Shown: one piece after another, positions 35,207 through 36,010 of the stretch
Numbering within the stretch: the stretch's first letter is position 1
Layout of the letters: each line of letters starts with the position of its first letter
DNA from: a virus
Direction: 5' to 3' (one strand)
DNA: 36,010 nucleotides
Virus genome (UHGV): UHGV-0022223
Position numbers and translations under genes: made by a program
Notes under the pieces: model-generated
The model's database searches: none
The model's input: the letters and a program-made list of their open reading frames with translations, nothing else
What the model was told of the DNA's origin: nothing

Positions 35207-36010
35207 TGGCGAAAAATGACTTTAAAGCGTTTGCAACTGATCGGAATGCCAATGTTATGTCGCAGGAGGAATGGGAAGCGTTGCCTGCGCTTTTATCCGG
35301 ATTTACAGCAGGGAAAGCATCCAGTGCGCAAGTCAATAAGGTTATTCGACAGGCCAGCTTTATTGCGGCAGCGCTTGCGCAGTACACAGCCAACAAAAGT
35401 GGGCTGGACGTGCTTGATGATGGTGACCTGAACGGGTTTATCTACAAAATGGGAACCGCTTTTGGGAAGGATTTCCAGGCCCTTGATGCCACGCTGACGG
35501 CATTAGCTGGGCTGGAAACCGGTGCAAATAAACTCCCGTATTTCACTGGAAATGATACAGCTGCGCAGACTGATTTGACTTCTGTTGGCCGTGACATTAT
35601 CGGGAAAAATACTATTGCTGACATTCTCACATACCTTGGTTTGGGAGAAGGTGCTCCAGCTATTGGCGTTCCGTTCTTCTGGCCGTCCGCTGCAATGCCA
35701 AATACTGTAATCGACAGCTGGTCCAGTATGGTGTTTTTGAAGTTCAACGGGGCGAAATTTTCTGCCACTGATTACCCTGTGCTGGCGAAAGTGTTTCCGG
35801 CGCTGGCATTACCTGACGCACGCGGTGATTTCATTCGTGTCTGGGATGACGGGCGAGGTGTAGACGGTGGTCGCGAATTATTAAGCTGGCAGAACGCTAC
35901 AAACTTTTCTCAGTTTGCCGGGAATATAGGCGAAGGTGCGGGACACGCAATTAACTTTCATGATGGCATCGCCGGAAATCAGCCAGGATTTTCACGATTT
36001 AATTTCACCA
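35206..36010 (+). CDS. Tail fibre protein (partial; continues beyond window end)
   Basis: Open to the window edge; LTALAGLETGANKLPYFTGNDTAAQTDLTSVGRDIIGK resembles a conserved block of P2 gpH-type tail fibres (recalled); NGAKFSATDYPVLAKVFP looks like a tail-collar motif. Confidence 0.7.
   Translation, partial: MAKNDFKAFATDRNANVMSQEEWEALPALLSGFTAGKASSAQVNKVIRQASFIAAALAQYTANKSGLDVLDDGDLNGFIYKMGTAFGKDFQALDATLTALAGLETGANKLPYFTGNDTAAQTDLTSVGRDIIGKNTIADILTYLGLGEGAPAIGVPFFWPSAAMPNTVIDSWSSMVFLKFNGAKFSATDYPVLAKVFPALALPDARGDFIRVWDDGRGVDGGRELLSWQNATNFSQFAGNIGEGAGHAINFHDGIAGNQPGFSRFNFT

Noticed and set aside
1-36010. Integrase, excisionase or attachment sites
   Set aside because: None recognisable; the window starts inside recE and ends inside the tail fibre gene, so the prophage ends lie outside it.

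Overview
The window is an internal segment of a lambdoid-regulated prophage from an enterobacterial host; no integrase or att site is present. All homology calls are from reading the translations and recalling protein families, with no database search run. Layout, left to right: (1) a leftward early operon ending in a truncated RecE-like exonuclease (1-3720, minus strand), driven by a PL/OL-like region at about 3870-3945; (2) an AT-rich two-gene cassette on the minus strand (4076-5502) between OL/PL and the repressor gene, the slot that rexAB occupies in lambda. It encodes a 434-aa protein with proteasome-beta/HslV-like (Ntn-hydrolase) sequence blocks plus a tightly coupled 34-aa peptide, and is the main candidate for an undescribed accessory or defence system; (3) an immunity region with a DicA/RacR-like repressor, Cro/YdaS-like and YdaT-like genes and a shared 17-bp operator family; (4) replication genes O (with iterons) and P, a degraded methyltransferase remnant with a small AT-rich insert, a LexA-box-controlled dinI-like gene, a DLP12-like nin region (YbcN-like, YbcO-like, RusA) and antiterminator Q; (5) a further AT-rich membrane-protein moron between Q and the lysis cassette (two holin-like genes, GH19-type endolysin, overlapping Rz/Rz1 spanins); (6) a head module (terminase small and large subunits, portal, Mu F-like, scaffold, major capsid) and a Mu/P2-like contractile tail module (sheath, tube, frameshifted chaperone, tape measure with transglycosylase domain, baseplate, partial tail fibre), interrupted by a second AT-rich moron island (31135-31784).
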